64,000 nucleotides of DNA from IMG/VR virus record IMGVR_UViG_3300013426_000028, positions 1 through 64,000 of that record; one strand, written 5' to 3'. The DNA is from a virus. Lineage: Duplodnaviria > Caudoviricetes. The position numbers and the translations under genes are program-made. The notes beneath the pieces are model-generated. The model ran no database searches and had not been told where the DNA came from. It saw nothing but the letters and a program-made list of their open reading frames with translations. This document shows, in pieces, positions 1 to 9,895 of the stretch; the stretch's first letter is position 1, and every line of letters begins with the position of its first letter.

Positions 1-473
1 AAAAATTAGGGATTGTAAACGCTCGAAAAACTCTTAGAAATAAATTTTTGCAAAGCGATTTCGATTATATCATTTTAAATGATGATGATATTTCTATTAT
101 TGGGGATTATAACGAGGGCCAATTATTTTTACAAGAAATAGAGAGAGTAAACGAGCAATGTATTGTTCAAAACGCTACTCTGTTTTCTGGATTTTGTATT
201 AGTAAAAATTTATTTTCTCAAATTGATATTCCTAATTTAGAAGCGGCGAATGGAGAGGGCTTTGAAGATTTTGCTTTTTATAAAATATTATCTTTTCTGA
301 TTAATAAAACTCCCCGAAAAATAAAAACTAAAATTATATTTAGGCATAGTTTTGGAACTTCAACTTGGGGAAATAAAGAATTATTTTTAAAAAGCAAGCA
401 AATGCAAGATCATACTTTAGAATATATAAATAAAGTAATAGAAGAATATAAACAGCAAAATACAAAAGAATAA
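1..473 (+). CDS. GT-A fold (GT2-like) glycosyltransferase, 5' end outside the window
   Basis: Frame is open from nt 3: KLGIVNARKTLRNKFLQSDFDYIILNDDD (G..NAR plus DxD motif), later GFED. Confidence 0.65.
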   Translation, partial: KLGIVNARKTLRNKFLQSDFDYIILNDDDISIIGDYNEGQLFLQEIERVNEQCIVQNATLFSGFCISKNLFSQIDIPNLEAANGEGFEDFAFYKILSFLINKTPRKIKTKIIFRHSFGTSTWGNKELFLKSKQMQDHTLEYINKVIEEYKQQNTKE

Positions 474-501
474 ATTTTAAGCATGGGGAGGAGATAAAAA
501 G

Positions 502-858
502 ATGGATGAAGAATGGTATGAAAGTACTCATACAGGCAAAGAGATAGACGACGCCGTTGATGCCATAACGAGTATTAAAAATCGAGTCCCAACAAATATT
601 AACGTTGATGAAGACGGATATTTAATTTTAGAAGACGGCGATAGAGCGATAAAAGGTAATAAAAAGGTTAAAATCACAGATAGTATTGTGATGGTGCAAG
701 GTAAATCAGATTTTCCATCTGAAGGTAAAGCAGATGTATTATATATAGCATTAGCTGAAAAAGCTTTTTATATGTATGATACAGAAAAAAAGGAATACCG
801 TCAGATTGTGGAAGATATAGAAAAAAAGCAACTTATTATTAATGGAGGTAACGCTTAA
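502..858 (+). CDS. Putative virion/fibre-associated protein
   Basis: GGGGAGGAG RBS; HTGKEIDDAV, FPSEGKADVLYI and C-terminal INGG motifs typical of phage fibre/decoration proteins. Confidence 0.5.
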   Translation: MDEEWYESTHTGKEIDDAVDAITSIKNRVPTNINVDEDGYLILEDGDRAIKGNKKVKITDSIVMVQGKSDFPSEGKADVLYIALAEKAFYMYDTEKKEYRQIVEDIEKKQLIINGGNA

Positions 859-860
859 TT

Positions 861-1982
861 ATGGCAGAAGAAAACATTTTTAACACACGTATTCAATTAA
901 GACGCGATTCAGCCGCAAATTGGACTAAAGTAGATCCAGTTCTTTTAGAAGGCGAATGTGGTATTGAATTGGATACAAACAAGTTCAAATTTGGTAATGG
1001 TACCAAGAAATGGTCTGAATTAGATTATGTTGGCACTCAAATCAAAATTGAAGGCGAAGGCGAAGTTATCGTCGGGGCAGCTCTTAATGCAGCTGGTGAA
1101 TTAGTATTAACAAAAGGAAAATTACATTTAGAAGATGTTTATCTTACAGATGGATTAACATTTACAGCAGATATTGGTGTCCAAAAAGTTCCAGCATCTG
1201 GCTCAGGAACATTAGGTAAAGAAGGAGATTCTTTAAAACAATTATTAAGTAGCATTTTAGCAAAAGAAGCAAATCCTACAACTACTCAACCAACTGTTGT
1301 ATTAAATTCAAGTAATATTGGTGCTAAAGAAGTTGGTACAAATATTGCATTAAACTGGAGTTTTACAACTACAGCAGGTAAATATACATATGGTCCTGAT
1401 ACAGGTGTAACATTTAGTGATTTCTATGTAGTGTTCAATGCAAAATCATATCAAGGATTTTCTGGAACAACTGATTCAATTCAAGTAACAGATGGATATT
1501 CTAATATTATCACAGGTGGATGTAAATCAACAGCAGGCGCAATACCAGTTACAAACTTAGGTAATGAATATCCAGCAGGACAAATTAAAGCAAAAGATGA
1601 TTGGTCAGTTTCACGTGGAACATTATCTGGATATAGAAATAGTTTCTGGGGTTCAGTGAATTCTAAAGAAGGTGCACCAGATAGTGCAACAATTAGAGAA
1701 TTAGCTGGAAAGAAAAATGGCACTATTGCGGCTGGCAATACTGGTGACGCAAATGAAGCAGTTGGCGCAATGAGAGTCATTATTGCTGTTCCTGCTCCAA
1801 GAACACTTAGTTCAATTAAAGATGTTAATGGTTTAAATGCTGAAGCATTAAGTGCATTTACAAAAATTACTGTTAGTGTAGAAGGCGCTAATGGTTATAA
1901 AGGTGCTGACTATAACGTTTATTACAAAGATAATGCAAGTGCTAATGATAAAGCTAATAAATGGCACTTTACAGTAGCATAA
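861..1982 (+). CDS. Tail fibre/receptor-binding protein with Mtd-N/hyaluronidase-like N-terminal domain
   Basis: IQLRRDSAANWT..PVLLEGE.GIELDT.KFKFGNG...WSEL.Y; Gly/Thr/Ser-rich body. Confidence 0.75.
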   Translation: MAEENIFNTRIQLRRDSAANWTKVDPVLLEGECGIELDTNKFKFGNGTKKWSELDYVGTQIKIEGEGEVIVGAALNAAGELVLTKGKLHLEDVYLTDGLTFTADIGVQKVPASGSGTLGKEGDSLKQLLSSILAKEANPTTTQPTVVLNSSNIGAKEVGTNIALNWSFTTTAGKYTYGPDTGVTFSDFYVVFNAKSYQGFSGTTDSIQVTDGYSNIITGGCKSTAGAIPVTNLGNEYPAGQIKAKDDWSVSRGTLSGYRNSFWGSVNSKEGAPDSATIRELAGKKNGTIAAGNTGDANEAVGAMRVIIAVPAPRTLSSIKDVNGLNAEALSAFTKITVSVEGANGYKGADYNVYYKDNASANDKANKWHFTVA

Positions 1983-1999
1983 TGGGAGGAAGATAGATT

Positions 2000-4093
2000 A
2001 TGGCAATGGATTTTGGTAAATTAAATTTTGCTGTTAGTTTTAATAGAACTTCAGCATTCCCATTAGAAGCGAATAGTTATTTTGAAGATTTAGCATCTGC
2101 TCAAGCAGCTGCTGCTACTGCAGTACCTGCAGGCAGTTCAGATAGTGCTTATTATATTGGTCAATTAATTATTGTTACTACAGGTGGAGTATCAAATTTA
2201 TATCAAATTAATGGTACTGTTGGTAATACAACTTTAAAGAAATTTGGTCAAGCTTCTAGTGCAGAAGAATTAAAAACAGATTTAGATACATTAAAAGCAA
2301 AATTTCAATTATTAGTTGACGGTTTAAGTGTATTTGTAGAAGAAAAGAAAGATGAATCTGGTAATGCTACAAGTTATACGGTTAAAAAAGCAACTGCATC
2401 ACAAGATGGCATTATGTCAAAAGAATATGCTTCTAAACTAGATAGTATTGCAGAAGGTGCTACAAAAGTTACCGTTGATGAAACATTAACTGCAGAAGGC
2501 ACAAATCCTGTTCAAGGTAAAGCAATTAAAGCAGAACTTGCTAATCTTGATGGAGATATTACTGCATTAGAAGGTGTTGTTGAAGGTAAAGTTGATAAAA
2601 TTGAAGGCAAAGGTTTATCAACAAATGATTATGATAATGCTGCAAAAGCTATTGTTGACGGCATTGCTGGTAATTTAGATAAAAAAGTAGATAAAGTAGA
2701 AGGAATGGGTTTATCTCATAACGACTACGATGACGCTTCTAAGACTATTGTCGACGGTATTGAAGCAAAAGTAACTGCTGAGCAAGGCAGAGCAGAAAAA
2801 GTCGAACAAGGTTTAGATACTCGTTTAACTGCGGCAGAAGGAAAAATTACTTCTCAAGGCGAAGATATTGACAGTTTAAAACAAACAATTACTGGTTTAA
2901 CAGGTGCAATGCACTTTGCGGGTGTTGTAGACGAAGTTCCTACTGATTTAACAAATTATAACGTAGGTGACGTTATTGTTATACATAATTCTGAATCTAA
3001 AAATGATAAGAAAGAATTTGTATGTGCAGAAATAGATGGAGCTAAAGCATTTGTTGAATTAGGTGATGAAGGTTCTCACTTAACAAAAACAGAAGCTGCT
3101 GCAACTTATGAAACAAAAGAAGATTCTCAATCAAAGATAGAAGGAGTATATCAACAAATACAACAAGTAGCGGAAGATGTTGAGACTTTAAATACAGATA
3201 CGATTCCTAATGCAAAGCAAGAAGCAATTACCGAAGCAGGTAAAAATGCTGATGCAAAAATCACAGAAGCATTAAAATCATATACTAATACTACAGACTT
3301 AAATACTGCTTTAGGCAAAAAATTAGATAAATCTACATATGATACAGATAAAGCAGCTTCTGATAAATTAATTTCTGATAATGCAGCGGCTATCACAGAA
3401 AGTAATAAAAAAATTGCTGCTAATGAGAAAGCAATTGCTGACAATAAAGCAGAACTTCAAGGTAACATTGATAAAAAAGTTGATGCTGTTGTAGGCAAGA
3501 GTTTAGTTGATGATACTTTAATTGCTAAGATGGAAGGTCTTAAAGATAATGTTGTTATCAAAGAAATTGGTAATGGGTTATCATTAAGTGAAGAAGGTAG
3601 TTTAAGTACTAACGTAAAAATAGCTGATGTAGCTGGTTTACAAGCGACATTAGATACGAAACAAACCGAAGATCAAGTTAATACATTAATTCAAGCTGCT
3701 ACTATTAAAGCTAGTAAAATTGACGGTGTAGTTGCAAATGCTACTCACGCTGGAACTGCTGATAATGTAGGTCATGTATTAACTGCAGGTTCTAAAACAT
3801 TTAATGGTTCTGAAGATGTAGAAATTACCGCTGCAGATTTAGGAGCGTTAACCGAAATTCCTGTTGCTTCATCAGAAAAATTAGGCGGAGTTAAAATTGG
3901 TAGTGGTATTGATGTTACCACAGATGGTACAATCAGTGTTACTATTCCAAGTGCATTAGTCAAATCTGTAGATACTACTAATTTTGCTGTTTCAGCAGAA
4001 GGCAAATTATCACTTACAAGTGTATCAACAGACAAACTTACACAAGGAACTAAAACTCTTGTAATTAATGGTGGTACAGCAAGCGGCTTTTAA
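2000..4093 (+). CDS. Long fibre protein (tail or head fibre)
   Basis: Repeated KVDK.EG.GLS.NDY, GAMHFAG, coiled-coil, ASSEKLGGVKIG, C-terminal INGG. Confidence 0.7.
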   Translation: MAMDFGKLNFAVSFNRTSAFPLEANSYFEDLASAQAAAATAVPAGSSDSAYYIGQLIIVTTGGVSNLYQINGTVGNTTLKKFGQASSAEELKTDLDTLKAKFQLLVDGLSVFVEEKKDESGNATSYTVKKATASQDGIMSKEYASKLDSIAEGATKVTVDETLTAEGTNPVQGKAIKAELANLDGDITALEGVVEGKVDKIEGKGLSTNDYDNAAKAIVDGIAGNLDKKVDKVEGMGLSHNDYDDASKTIVDGIEAKVTAEQGRAEKVEQGLDTRLTAAEGKITSQGEDIDSLKQTITGLTGAMHFAGVVDEVPTDLTNYNVGDVIVIHNSESKNDKKEFVCAEIDGAKAFVELGDEGSHLTKTEAAATYETKEDSQSKIEGVYQQIQQVAEDVETLNTDTIPNAKQEAITEAGKNADAKITEALKSYTNTTDLNTALGKKLDKSTYDTDKAASDKLISDNAAAITESNKKIAANEKAIADNKAELQGNIDKKVDAVVGKSLVDDTLIAKMEGLKDNVVIKEIGNGLSLSEEGSLSTNVKIADVAGLQATLDTKQTEDQVNTLIQAATIKASKIDGVVANATHAGTADNVGHVLTAGSKTFNGSEDVEITAADLGALTEIPVASSEKLGGVKIGSGIDVTTDGTISVTIPSALVKSVDTTNFAVSAEGKLSLTSVSTDKLTQGTKTLVINGGTASGF

Positions 4094-4119
4094 TAATATA
4101 AATAATTAAACAAAAAGTC

Positions 4120-4158
4120 AAGACATTGAGTCTCTTATTGAGGCTCTTTGTCTTTTTT
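4120..4158 (+). terminator. Intrinsic terminator
   Basis: AAGACA..GAGTCTC/GAGGCTC..TGTCTT hairpin followed by T-run. Confidence 0.6.
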
Positions 4159-4186
4159 AAATAGAAAAGGGGTGGAATAAAAAACA

Positions 4187-5101
4187 ATGGCAGAAGAAAA
4201 TACATTAAATGCAAAAATCCAACTTAGAAATGATTCATTGGATAATTGGAATAAAAATTCCACTGTTATATTACAAAAAGGGGAAGTTGGTTTTGTAGAA
4301 ATCCCAGGTAATGACGCTTCTACTCCTACTATATTATTTAAAGTCGGAGATGGTAAAACACAATTTGCTAAATTACCATGGGTAACGGCTTTGGCTGCAG
4401 ATGTATATGCGTGGGCTAAAGCAGAAAATAAACCAACTTATACTGCAAGTGAGGTAGGTGTTACAGAAGCAAATTTCCCTGGTTTGAATAAAACTGGTAC
4501 CGTAACATCTATAAAAATAAATGGAAATTCAAAAACTCCTACCAACGGTGTTGTTGATTTAGGAAACAATATTTTGACAGCTGATAGTTCTACTTTAACT
4601 GCGGATCACTTAATTAATTGGGGTTCTAGCGGTATCGAGGATAGTGGCATTGATAAAACTAGTGCTAAAAATTTAGTTGATAACTTTAAATATATACCAG
4701 GTACACCAGCTCCAGAGGTTTCATCACCTTATTTTCAAGTGCAAAATAATTTAGATATAAAAGGTATAGGACAATTAAAATCTTCGGGTTTAACGTTAGA
4801 TCAAGATTTGAATTTTAATCAAAGATTAAGTTCAACCACATATCAACAAATATCTATTATACCAGATAGATCAGAAGGAAAAGTAAATTCTGAGATTTTA
4901 TCTTTTATAGGAATTGGATCAAGAAGTCAAATTAATTTAAATTTTGATGCTGGTTCAAGAAGTATAAGTAACATTTTAACAGATAAAAATATAAACAATC
5001 TTTATGCGGAAGCATCTGATATAAATGCTTTATTTGGTATAACATCAACAACAGCAAGTGAAAATACTACGGCTAGTGAAAAAACAGTTGTAAGAGAATA
5101 A
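4187..5101 (+). CDS. Tail fibre-like protein with Mtd-N domain (N-terminus paralogous to 861..1982)
   Basis: MAEEN..N..IQLR.DS..NW....L..GE.G; FKVGDG.T.F..LPW. Confidence 0.7.
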   Translation: MAEENTLNAKIQLRNDSLDNWNKNSTVILQKGEVGFVEIPGNDASTPTILFKVGDGKTQFAKLPWVTALAADVYAWAKAENKPTYTASEVGVTEANFPGLNKTGTVTSIKINGNSKTPTNGVVDLGNNILTADSSTLTADHLINWGSSGIEDSGIDKTSAKNLVDNFKYIPGTPAPEVSSPYFQVQNNLDIKGIGQLKSSGLTLDQDLNFNQRLSSTTYQQISIIPDRSEGKVNSEILSFIGIGSRSQINLNFDAGSRSISNILTDKNINNLYAEASDINALFGITSTTASENTTASEKTVVRE

Positions 5102-5127
5102 AATGATACTTTTATTTTAAGGATTTC

Positions 5128-5158
5128 AAGAAGGAATGAAATATTTCCTTCTTTTTTT
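5128..5158 (+). terminator. Intrinsic terminator ending the structural module
   Basis: AAGAAGGAA-loop-TTCCTTCTT plus T-run. Confidence 0.75.
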
Positions 5159-5170
5159 ACACGTTTTGAC

Positions 5171-5198
5171 TTGACAAATCTTAATATTTAGGTATGAT
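5171..5198 (+). promoter_or_regulatory. Sigma-A-type promoter
   Basis: TTGACA-N16-TATGAT. Confidence 0.7.
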
Positions 5199-5228
5199 AT
5201 AAGTAGCCAAAGAAAGGGGAAAATAAAA

Positions 5229-5579
5229 ATGAGAAAAAAGGTACAAAACTATATGACTTGTGACCAATGTGGCAGTCCATTGCTTTATGTAAAAAATAGT
5301 TCCAGTGATCCTAATAAATTAGCGTATAAATGTATGTCTTGTGGACACGAACAAGAGATAACAACAGAAACAATTACTATGATACCAAATGATAGTATTC
5401 TCACATCGGGTTATAGATATGAAACCATAAAACCTAATGAAAAGTTAACCACTCTGGTAATAGAAACAAAAGATATTATATTAAAGAATGGCGTAGTCTC
5501 GATTACAATAGAACAAGACCAAATTAAAGATTATAATACTGTTATAATTAATGGTATTACATTTATAAGAAAGGAATAA
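5229..5579 (+). CDS. Zinc-ribbon protein
   Basis: CDQC...CMSC. Confidence 0.6.
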   Translation: MRKKVQNYMTCDQCGSPLLYVKNSSSDPNKLAYKCMSCGHEQEITTETITMIPNDSILTSGYRYETIKPNEKLTTLVIETKDIILKNGVVSITIEQDQIKDYNTVIINGITFIRKE

Positions 5580-5632
5580 TTTAGTTATGAAAAAGCTAAA
5601 ATTATTAGAAGGAATGGGACGGAAAATAAATT

Positions 5633-6004
5633 ATGATTAAAGTAACATTTAAAGGTTCTGATAAACCTGTTTATTATGATTATATGATATATCCATTAAA
5701 GTATCGTAATTATTCAGATATGATTGAATTTAGATATTATACAGAAGGAGGAGGATTTAGTACCACCTCTGATGCAATTAAGAAAATAGAAAAGCAAGTA
5801 AAAGATTTGACTGTAAAAGAGCTAGTGAATTTGAATATGGAAGTTATTAAAGATCGCGTTATAGTAAATAATGATCAGGTAGTTTCTTTAGATCATTGGG
5901 TTGATGTAACTTACATTTTATCAGAATTTTCAGAGTCTAATGAAAAAATAAAAAATTTAAGTGCATGGGTTCGAGACGAATTATGGAAATGGAGGGACCA
6001 TTAA
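5633..6004 (+). CDS. Hypothetical protein, paralog of 35923..36267
   Basis: MIKVT..YM.YP..IK.IEKQV.DLT shared. Confidence 0.6.
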   Translation: MIKVTFKGSDKPVYYDYMIYPLKYRNYSDMIEFRYYTEGGGFSTTSDAIKKIEKQVKDLTVKELVNLNMEVIKDRVIVNNDQVVSLDHWVDVTYILSEFSESNEKIKNLSAWVRDELWKWRDH

Positions 6005-6007
6005 AAA

Positions 6008-6379
6008 ATGAAAAGAGTTGTGTATAAATATTGGTATGATGGTGAACGTTATGGTTCTAAGTTAGGAACCCCTTGTGATGACGCTGATTATTTAGAACGA
6101 TTATATAATAAATTAGGTCAATTGGAAGATTATGAAGAAGAAATGAATGTTAATTTTCTGACTTTAGTAAAAGCAGTTGAATTAAATAAAGTCTATGTTA
6201 GATATAATAATGGATATCGTAAATGTAAAGTAGAATCAAGTAGTTTCCGTCGAGATGAAAATGGAAAAGTGAAAGCTTATCTTACATTAAGAATTATACA
6301 AGAAAATATTGAAATAGAAGTGGCCGCATCGGAATATAATAAGACTTGGTCATTTACCAAAAATAGGTTAAAAGAATGA
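6008..6379 (+). CDS. Hypothetical phage protein, paralog of 36282..36656
   Basis: YDGE.YGS..PCDD.DYLE..Y.KLG.LED.EEE shared. Confidence 0.65.
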   Translation: MKRVVYKYWYDGERYGSKLGTPCDDADYLERLYNKLGQLEDYEEEMNVNFLTLVKAVELNKVYVRYNNGYRKCKVESSSFRRDENGKVKAYLTLRIIQENIEIEVAASEYNKTWSFTKNRLKE

Positions 6380-6612
6380 AAAAAAAAGAATTAGAACAAT
6401 ATTTAGGTAAGAATGTTGAACTGATTTCTTCTAAGGGAGAAGCTTTTCAAGGCATTCTATACAAAAGCTATGATTATTTCATCAAAAGAGATCCTGATGT
6501 TATTGATTATTATAGAAATAAATATTGCTTGTCATTACCTAAGAGAAGATTTATTGCTTTCACATTAAGTTTTGTGAAGGAAATAAAAGAAATAGAAGAG
6601 GAGAAAAATTAA
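6376..6612 (+). CDS. Hypothetical protein
   Basis: ATGA overlap with upstream gene. Confidence 0.55.
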   Translation: MKKKELEQYLGKNVELISSKGEAFQGILYKSYDYFIKRDPDVIDYYRNKYCLSLPKRRFIAFTLSFVKEIKEIEEEKN

Positions 6613-7170
6613 ATGAGTATAAATATTGAAGAGTTAAAAAAAGAAAAAGAAGAATTAAGCAACTTGCTTGGACAGATTGGCAAAACAAGTTATGTGAAGA
6701 ATAGGTATTATAATTCCGAAATGGAGTTTCAAATAAATTATAATAAGTTGCTAATTAGATTACAGGAAGAATGGGATAAAAAAGTCGGAAAGAATAATCC
6801 TTTATATTTTAATAAAAATATGTTAGCTTTTTTCGATGAAACAGGTATTCATTTCGGACTTAACAAAGAAGCAAGTGAAGATTTTTATAAATATATTAAT
6901 CAATCTGACGACGAGAATTCTATGTTTATTGACGACTTAGCATTAAAAATGTTGAGACCGTTACATATTTCTGTAGATTATATTAACTATAAATTAACAA
7001 GAATGCGAACTGTTAATATCTGGAGAAGTGAAGATGCACTTGTGCTTCCTGAAAAATTTGTAGAAAAGTTTGTTACAACAGTTGATATATTGCAATCAGA
7101 CATTGTTCATTATACAATGTCCACATTATCAGCTTATGTCGATGTATTAATAGCATCAAACAAAAATTAA
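6613..7170 (+). CDS. Hypothetical protein, paralog of 23458..24036
   Basis: GI.F.L..EAS..FY.YI...FID motif shared. Confidence 0.55.
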   Translation: MSINIEELKKEKEELSNLLGQIGKTSYVKNRYYNSEMEFQINYNKLLIRLQEEWDKKVGKNNPLYFNKNMLAFFDETGIHFGLNKEASEDFYKYINQSDDENSMFIDDLALKMLRPLHISVDYINYKLTRMRTVNIWRSEDALVLPEKFVEKFVTTVDILQSDIVHYTMSTLSAYVDVLIASNKN

Positions 7171-7216
7171 AAAGTTGAGCAAAATCGCTTGACTTTTTTT
7201 ATTATTCGCGTATACT
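7171..7216 (+). promoter_or_regulatory. Fused terminator/promoter of the replication operon
   Basis: AAAGTTGAGC/GCTTGACTTT hairpin whose 3' arm is the -35; TTGACT-N16-TATACT. Confidence 0.7.
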
Positions 7217-7299
7217 AAATAGTGTCTTGAAACAAAAAACAAAACAACCATTTCAAGATTATTAAAAAATTATTAAGAAAAGGAGATTTTTAAAAACTT

Positions 7300-8313
7300 A
7301 TGGAACAAGAATTAGAAGAAAAGAAAGCAGAGAAGAGATTTTCAAACATTGTGAACGTATCAGGCTATTTAAGAGAAAATAATCTTGAGTTAGTAAAAGA
7401 CAAAGAAGGTAAACCTGTTATTTCTGGATCTTTCACTATCGCAGTCACAGAAGACGAATCTCACAAAATGCGCGTTTATTTAAAACAACCTGCAGATATG
7501 AAGGTTGAAAAAGACGCTAAAAAATGGGACGCAATGAAAGCTTTGTTACCAACAAACACTATTAGTATTGCATCTTATTTAAAATCAAATCCGACTGCAG
7601 ATTTTGCAGTTGCATCAAGTATGTCTACAAAAGTATGGGCAGTTGGCAGCATGGAAGAATATGTTAGAAAGGAAAATGGTAAAGAATTATCTACAACAAC
7701 TTTACGTGTTATTAGAGCAGGAGTTAGAACTGCAAGCGATAAACCATTTAATCCAGGAGCAAACTTCCAAGTTGATGTCTACATTGAGTCAATGAGCCCT
7801 GAAATTGTGGACGAACAAGAAACAGGCCGTGTAATTTTAGTAGGTTTAGTACCATTATATAAATATTTTGGCAGATTTACTTTTGTTGCACCTGTTGAAA
7901 ATAATGTAGCTCAATACATTACAGACCATTATAACGTCACTGACACAACACGTTTATTTGGTAAATTATCTTGTGTCAAACATTCAAAAGCAAAAGCAGA
8001 AACAGGTAATTATTTTGGACAAGTTAGCACTCCTCAATATGAAACTACTTTCGTTCGTGAGAAAATCATCACAGGAGGTTCTGCAGAATCTATCAATTGT
8101 GATGAACCAAATGCAATCACAAAAGAAGAAGTTAAAGAAGGTTTAACAGGTCGTGAAACAAGAATGTTAGAAGCGGACAAAAAGCCAACATCTAAACCTG
8201 CTAATACAGGATTTACCGCTGCTGCTAAACCTGCATCAGTTACTCCAGTGGCATCTAAGCCTTCAGACGGATTTGATCCTATGAATTGGGACGGTTTAGG
8301 AGATATGTTTTAA
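7300..8313 (+). CDS. Phage single-stranded DNA-binding protein
   Basis: N.V.VSG.L.E..L OB-fold-like start; Pro/Ala linker and acidic-aromatic tail (WDGLGDMF); first gene of the replication cluster. Confidence 0.65.
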   Translation: MEQELEEKKAEKRFSNIVNVSGYLRENNLELVKDKEGKPVISGSFTIAVTEDESHKMRVYLKQPADMKVEKDAKKWDAMKALLPTNTISIASYLKSNPTADFAVASSMSTKVWAVGSMEEYVRKENGKELSTTTLRVIRAGVRTASDKPFNPGANFQVDVYIESMSPEIVDEQETGRVILVGLVPLYKYFGRFTFVAPVENNVAQYITDHYNVTDTTRLFGKLSCVKHSKAKAETGNYFGQVSTPQYETTFVREKIITGGSAESINCDEPNAITKEEVKEGLTGRETRMLEADKKPTSKPANTGFTAAAKPASVTPVASKPSDGFDPMNWDGLGDMF

Positions 8314-8337
8314 TTAGTAAAGGAGAAAATATAATAT

Positions 8338-9384
8338 ATGGCAACAATTGATATTTTTAATCCACGTGTCTCTGTTGTGGTAAAAGGTTTAAGAGGCAAA
8401 GTAGTTGTAATTTACGGTACAAATGGTACTGGTAAAACTCGTAATATGACAAAAGCACCAAAACCATTAGTTCTAGCTGTTGAAAATGGTTTAAATGCTA
8501 TTAATGGTGTTCCTTATATCAATATTGATAAATGGGTAACATTTAAGCAAGTTGTAAATCAATTAACATCACCTTCTACAAGTGCTGCGGCTCATGAAAA
8601 ATATGAAACAATTATCATCGATGCTTTAAATGGCTTAGATACATTAGGTGCAGAATTCATTTGTAATAACTATGGAGTAAAAAGACTTCGTGACGGTAAT
8701 GACGGCTATGGTTTATGGCAAGAATATTCTCAAGAATTAGAAAAACAAATTAAGTTATTAACTGACTCCAATTATCTTGTTGTATTCTTAGCCCACGAAG
8801 GCGAACAAGAATTAATGGATTTAGTCGGTGAAAAATACACAAGATTATCCCCCAAAGGAGATAAACGTTTAGTAGAACCAATTATGGAACTTGCAGACAT
8901 CGTAGCATATGCGCAACCTCAACCAGACAAAGAAGACGGAACCCCAGTTAATTCGACTTTATACTTAAAAGGTAATAGAGCATTTAGAGCAAAAAGTAGA
9001 TTTGATTATATTACTCGTTCAATTCCAGAATGGTCATATGACAAATTTGAAAAAGCGGTTGCTGATGCAATTACTGCAGAAGAAGAAGCCACTAATACCA
9101 AAGCTATTACACGTGAAGAAGCTGTAAAGGTTGAAGAAAAAATTAAAGAGGAAGAAGAAAAATCAAAACTTCCGTTAGCAACATTAGTTGAACGAATTGG
9201 TATGATGTTACGTTCAATGCAACAAAAAGAAGGAAACCTTGAAACATATAAAGCAATTATGTTAGATGAATTAGGTACTGCAGAATTCAAATGTAATACA
9301 GCAACTGAAGCTCAAAGAGACCAAGTTGAATTACTATATAATGCTTTAGTTAAAAAAGGTTATAATAAAAAACAAGGAGCTTAA
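8338..9384 (+). CDS. AAA_24/Sak4-like P-loop ATPase
   Basis: Walker A YGTNGTGKT, Walker B IIIDA, G.GYG, FLAH, AKSRF. Confidence 0.8.
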   Translation: MATIDIFNPRVSVVVKGLRGKVVVIYGTNGTGKTRNMTKAPKPLVLAVENGLNAINGVPYINIDKWVTFKQVVNQLTSPSTSAAAHEKYETIIIDALNGLDTLGAEFICNNYGVKRLRDGNDGYGLWQEYSQELEKQIKLLTDSNYLVVFLAHEGEQELMDLVGEKYTRLSPKGDKRLVEPIMELADIVAYAQPQPDKEDGTPVNSTLYLKGNRAFRAKSRFDYITRSIPEWSYDKFEKAVADAITAEEEATNTKAITREEAVKVEEKIKEEEEKSKLPLATLVERIGMMLRSMQQKEGNLETYKAIMLDELGTAEFKCNTATEAQRDQVELLYNALVKKGYNKKQGA

Positions 9385-9391
9385 TTAATAT

Positions 9392-9892
9392 ATGGCAGCA
9401 TCAAGTCTAAAAAAATGTGATGGATGCGGTCAGTTCATATTAGGCGAAATAAGAATCTTTGAAGGAAAAAAGTATTGTCAATCCTGTTATGAAAAATTAA
9501 TACAAGAAAGAAAAAACAAGGAAGAAACAAAATCTTCCTTGTATGCTTGTATTAAACAAGAATTTGATGTATCAGACCTACCTCCTGAAATAACTTATAA
9601 ATTAGATAGGTTATTAGCATCAGGAAAAACTCTTAAAGATGTTCAACTTGTATTATGGTATTATTATAAAATATTAGGTAATAGTCATAATAATTTATAT
9701 ATAATTGATCGTGTTGTGAATGAACAATATGATAAAGCAATAGAATATCTTAAAAAGACGTATCAAAAGAAACAAATTAATGATACAAAAACAAAAGAAC
9801 AAATTGTAGGTAATGATAGAATTGTAAAAATCAATAGGAATGATAATTCTCAAAGATTTAAGAATTTAGGTTACAAGATGGAGGATTTATAA
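9392..9892 (+). CDS. Zn-finger replication protein (possible helicase loader/accessory)
   Basis: CDGC..CQSC; lies directly before the helicase. Confidence 0.5.
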   Translation: MAASSLKKCDGCGQFILGEIRIFEGKKYCQSCYEKLIQERKNKEETKSSLYACIKQEFDVSDLPPEITYKLDRLLASGKTLKDVQLVLWYYYKILGNSHNNLYIIDRVVNEQYDKAIEYLKKTYQKKQINDTKTKEQIVGNDRIVKINRNDNSQRFKNLGYKMEDL

Positions 9893-9895
9893 ATT

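Noticed and set aside
861-5101. Diversity-generating retroelement acting on the Mtd-N fibre genes
   Set aside because: No reverse transcriptase and no template/variable repeat pair visible in this window
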